From Vicugna vicugna (taxonomy: Eukaryota): a stretch of DNA of 64,000 nt. This document shows, piece by piece, positions 60,511 to 64,000 of the stretch. The stretch is taken from positions 2,823,576 through 2,887,575 of the forward strand of contig MU057887.1 of NCBI GenBank assembly GCA_013265495.1, in the 5' to 3' direction. Below the pieces are notes generated by a model. It was not told the DNA's origin and made no database searches. It saw only the letters and a list, made by a program, of their open reading frames with translations. How positions within the stretch are numbered: the stretch's first letter is position 1; each line of letters starts with the position of its first letter. The position numbers and the translations under genes are program-made.

Positions 60511-61039
60511 CCCAGTGCAGAAACCTGGGAGCTGAGAGCTGGGCTCTGAGGCCCTTCTGTGAAGCCCGCCACCCACCCGTCGGTGCTCCAGCGTCCCGAT
60601 CCTCTGCGTGGTGGGGACACAGGATCCCTGAGGAGCGAGATGGCAGACACAGACCTCGGGAGAAGGGCTCAGGGACCCAGAGGAGACGGAGCACTGGAGA
60701 GGACAGTGAAGCCGACAGGCTCACCGGCCACGGTGGCTTTAACCCCCGGGCCGGGTGGTGTTTGCTACGAGGTGGTAGCTTCCTGGAGCGAGGAGTTAAA
60801 GAGCAGTGAGAAGACAGAAGTGCTTCTGGAGGTGCCACACGCACACGTGGTGTGTGTCTGTGTGCGTGTGCGGCAGAGTTTGCTGAAGCCCCAGGGAGTG
60901 TTTGGGACGTCAACCAGAGGACATCTCAGAAAAGCAGGAGTAGAACTTAAAAAAACAAGTAGGAGAGGGGGACAGAGCAGACGGCAAGAGCGATCCGGGA
61001 GGCCTAGAGAGCCTCAGGCCAAAAATAGAGAGAAGCCAA

Positions 61040-61300
61040 GACGGACCATCAAAGCGGAATTTTCTGAAACACTTCGCGGCGCCCAAAGCCCCGCCGCCTG
61101 TGCGCGGGGACGCTCCCCGGGCCGGAGACGGATGAATGAGGGCCCGTCCTAAGGCGTGTCAGCGTGAAGTTTCAGGCCACGGGAGATGAAAAACACGTTC
61201 TGAAAACTCAGAGGGAAAAAATAGGCCACATTCAAAGACGCAGACATCAGAGGGTATCTGGCTCCCCGGCGGCGGCGTTCAGGCCGGAGAGCGGCAGCGC
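61040..61300 (+). mobile_element. Ancient L1 ORF1 remnant
   Basis: Peptides IKAEFSETL (cf. ENFPEL) and VKFQATGDEKHVLKTQREK (cf. VKFQNTKDKEKILKASREK), broken by frameshifts. Confidence 0.55.
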
Positions 61301-64000
61301 GGCCCTTGCGGGGTCCAGGGCGTGCTGGAGCTCCACGCGCGCGGCCGCGCCCCTGGCCGGGGGAGACCGCCCGCCTGGAATCCGTGACGGGGACAGCCCT
61401 CCGGGGGGGCGGGGGCAGGCCCGCAGGCGGCCCCACCCTCAGGAGGATGCCGGTGAAGCGTCCGGGGGTGAGGGTGGAGGGGCCAGGACGCTGGGTGCAG
61501 CCAGCACAGCCCGCTGCCGCAGGACGGGCTCCCGGAGGGCTCCCCCAGGGAGGGGGTGAGGGGCTCCCTGACAGATGCGCCCAGAGAGCTGTGGCTGAGC
61601 CCCAAATGCGTCAGGCGCCAGGGAGTGGAATAACCTGAAGCTCCCCCAGGAAGGTCACCGCAGGGGACAGTACACGGGGAATGCCTGGGAGCCTCGGGTC
61701 TGGTCCAGCCTCTCCTCCACTCACGTCCACGCCACACGGATGTCTGCCCCGTTGCCTGCTGGGCTGCCCCCAGGGAGGTCTGGTCACTCGCATGGTGGAC
61801 ACAGGCACTTCCTCCCAGAACCTCCCGTGGGTCACGGGCACCACTTCCCAAGGGGGTGACCACTGAGCCGGCGTAGCCAGGAGACGTCAGGAAAGAGGGT
61901 CCACGGGGCACCTGCAGCTTGGGCCAGGGCGTCACCTGGAGGGAGTGAAGAGGGTGGTGAAAGGGGACACCCTCCATCCAGGGGCTGAGGTGCGTGGACC
62001 CCACCCCAAGCTAACCATCCGCCACCTGCCCTCCAAGGAGCCCAGGAGGGACCTGTGTCCTCTGTGCACACCACGTCCTCCCAAAGGCGAGAGGCTTTTG
62101 TGCAGGAGGGTCTGGGATTAAGGTGTCGAGAGACAGAGCGGACGGTGGGCGCTCACCCAGGCGTGACTCAGAACCTGCACAAACAGCAAACAGCACCCAT
62201 CATCGCGCCGATCCCCGTCTGCAATCCGTTTTTGTTCTTTGAATCCCGGCTATTCATCACCGCGATGACAGCTGGACATTTTAACAGATTCTGTGTGTAA
62301 ACACGGCGTCGATGGCTGGCCCAGCCCACCCCCCGCCCCCTGAGCACCGACGTTCTTCATCTTCTTGGAGAAACGAGCCCAGAAGCAAAACGCTTGGGTC
62401 TGACCACACCCACGGCATTTCCGTCGGACCTTCGGCCAGTTCCGCAGGAGGAGGCACCCCTCACTGGCGGCTGTTCACGGTAACAGTGCTGCATTCGCCT
62501 CAGGGTTCCTTCAAGTAGCTGCTCTTTGAATCTTTCTTTTTTAAATGATTTACATAAATGGCGAGGGTTGAAATCGGAGCAAATGTGTCCAGTGGAGAAA
62601 GACGGTGGGGTCAGGGCAGTGCTGACGCCACAGGGATGCCAGGCAGCCTGCTGAGAGCACAGGGTCACGGCCAGGGTCTGGTCAGCCGAGTTCTGACCTG
62701 CTGGTCCGTACCTTCGGGTGGCCATCCTGTTGACCCTACACGGGCAGCCGGGCCCCAAGATCAGTACCTCAGTTTTGCCCCCACCGCCTCCCTGCTCTGC
62801 GTCCTCCTTGGCTCCATCTTGGATGCTGGGATGCAGGAATGAAGCTCTCACGGTCCCCAGATCTCAGGAGGCAGCGGGTACCCCTCGAGGATCCCCAGAG
62901 GGGCTGGTTTGGGAGCTGAGAGAGTGGCTGTTGCTTAGAAACTGAGGTCGTGGTTGCTGAATAACTGGAGGAGCACAGGAGGGCCCTGGCCAGGTACCCA
63001 CGTCCTGCAGCTCAGCCTGATGGAGGGGGCCCGGGATCTGAGAATTCCACGTGGTCCCGAGTCTCAGCAATGCTAAGGGAGGCTGGGGCCCACCGTAGAC
63101 ACGACGTGTGTCCCAAATGGAGAAACCTGCAGAGCTACTGCGCTGAACAGGAACCTCCTCATTCCAGAACCCGCTACCCCGACCCTGCCCATCTCAGCCA
63201 TCCATGCCAGCCATGGGCTGTCCAGGCCTGCCATCTCCCCTGGCCCTGCCACCTCCCCTGGCTCTGCGCCCGGCTCAGAGTGCCCCTGAGGCTCCGGGAG
63301 CGGAAGGGGCCCCTCGGAATTGGGGCTGTGCGTCCCCGGCAGTCCTGCAAGCACGCATGTTCCTGCCTCGTCAGCAGTGTGTCCTTAATAGGGGCTGACA
63401 AATTTCCAAGTCCCCAGTTCCCAGGAGGGCCTCTTGAATGAATACTATTTGTTGATTCCAGGTTTCAGGAACTAATTGGACAAAAATACTGGCAAAGTCA
63501 AATACAGGTTGACTATGTCCTTGTAATCTCACGCACGTCATTGTTTAGCGATTTTTTTTTTTCGTAAAGGACAATAGTAAATCTGATCCTTCTTAACGGT
63601 GCTGTGAGAATCAGGTCCCATACCTGAGGTGGAGTTAAGTCAGCACGTGCACGGCGGGAATCCTCCAGGCCATGACGTCCTTCCCACCCCAGCGTGGTTC
63701 TGGTTCTGTTTCAGAACAACCATTGGTCTGTGGCATCTGCTCCACCTGCACCCAGGCTGCCCTCTTGCCCCACGAGGTGACCCTGACCCGCTGTCCCCAG
63801 CCCTGCCCCGCCGCCCACACAGCAGCCCTGAGGAGGAGGAGCCTCACCGCCACCCCCTCCCCATGGCTTCCGGGCGCCGCAGTGGGCGTGAAATACGGCA
63901 TTTGGAAGAGACGTTAGTTAAAGATCAGTCTTGAAAAATGAAATGGAAGGATTTGTGTCTCGATCCAAATTACTTGAAATGTCAACTCCCCATTAAGCTG

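Larger units (their letters stand above)
56582..64000 (+). other. TAFA5: 5' part of TAFA5 intron 3
   Basis: Begins at the donor gtacgt. I found no acceptor followed by GTCTCCTGA (VS*) in the window. Confidence 0.75.

Noticed and set aside
125-63917. Hundreds of six-frame ORFs, up to 405 aa (e.g. 9349-10566, 13949-15076, 10691-11710, 27410-28411)
   Set aside because: Pro/Gly/Arg/Ala-rich translations on all frames are expected in stop-poor GC-rich DNA. Many start at non-ATG codons and none resembles a known domain, apart from those overlapping the TAFA5 exons or L1 remnants.
1-64000. tRNA, rRNA, snoRNA or miRNA genes
   Set aside because: I recognised no cloverleaf, box C/D or H/ACA structure or long hairpin by eye. 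An Infernal/Rfam scan would be needed to exclude them fully.

Overview
Mammalian (eukaryotic) genomic DNA, very GC- and CpG-rich. The window lies inside TAFA5 (FAM19A5, TAFA chemokine-like family member 5) on the + strand. Two coding exons are present: 24440-24589 (150 nt, phase 1-1; xQLAAGTCEIV...PACVD) and 56454-56581 (128 nt; ARIIRTKQWCDMSPCLEG...IKTTT). They are joined by a 31,864-nt GT-AG intron. I did not find the first (signal-peptide) exon or the tiny last coding exon (VS*), so they are probably outside the window. The rest is intronic: old L1 fragments, MLT1 (MaLR) LTRs, L2/MIR traces, one younger cetartiodactyl-type L1 3' end, an intact 501-bp ERV1-type solo LTR with a 4-bp target-site duplication, a few mini/microsatellites and short AT-rich islands dense in developmental TF motifs. 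I saw no Alu, B1/B2, Bov-A/tA, PRE-1 or CHR SINEs, so a camelid-like artiodactyl is my best guess (inference only). Nearly all ORFs in the supplied track are artefacts of GC-rich DNA. I found no convincing novel biological system. The best leads are: two apparent amino-acid changes and a tandem splice donor at TAFA5 exon 3; strong AT-to-GC and CpG remodelling of ancient L1s; the intact antisense LTR promoter; a telomere-like triad; and recurring posterior-HOX/PBX/MEIS, TCF and POU motif islands that may be enhancers. Repeat family names come from recalled consensus sequences, not a database run, and their boundaries are approximate.
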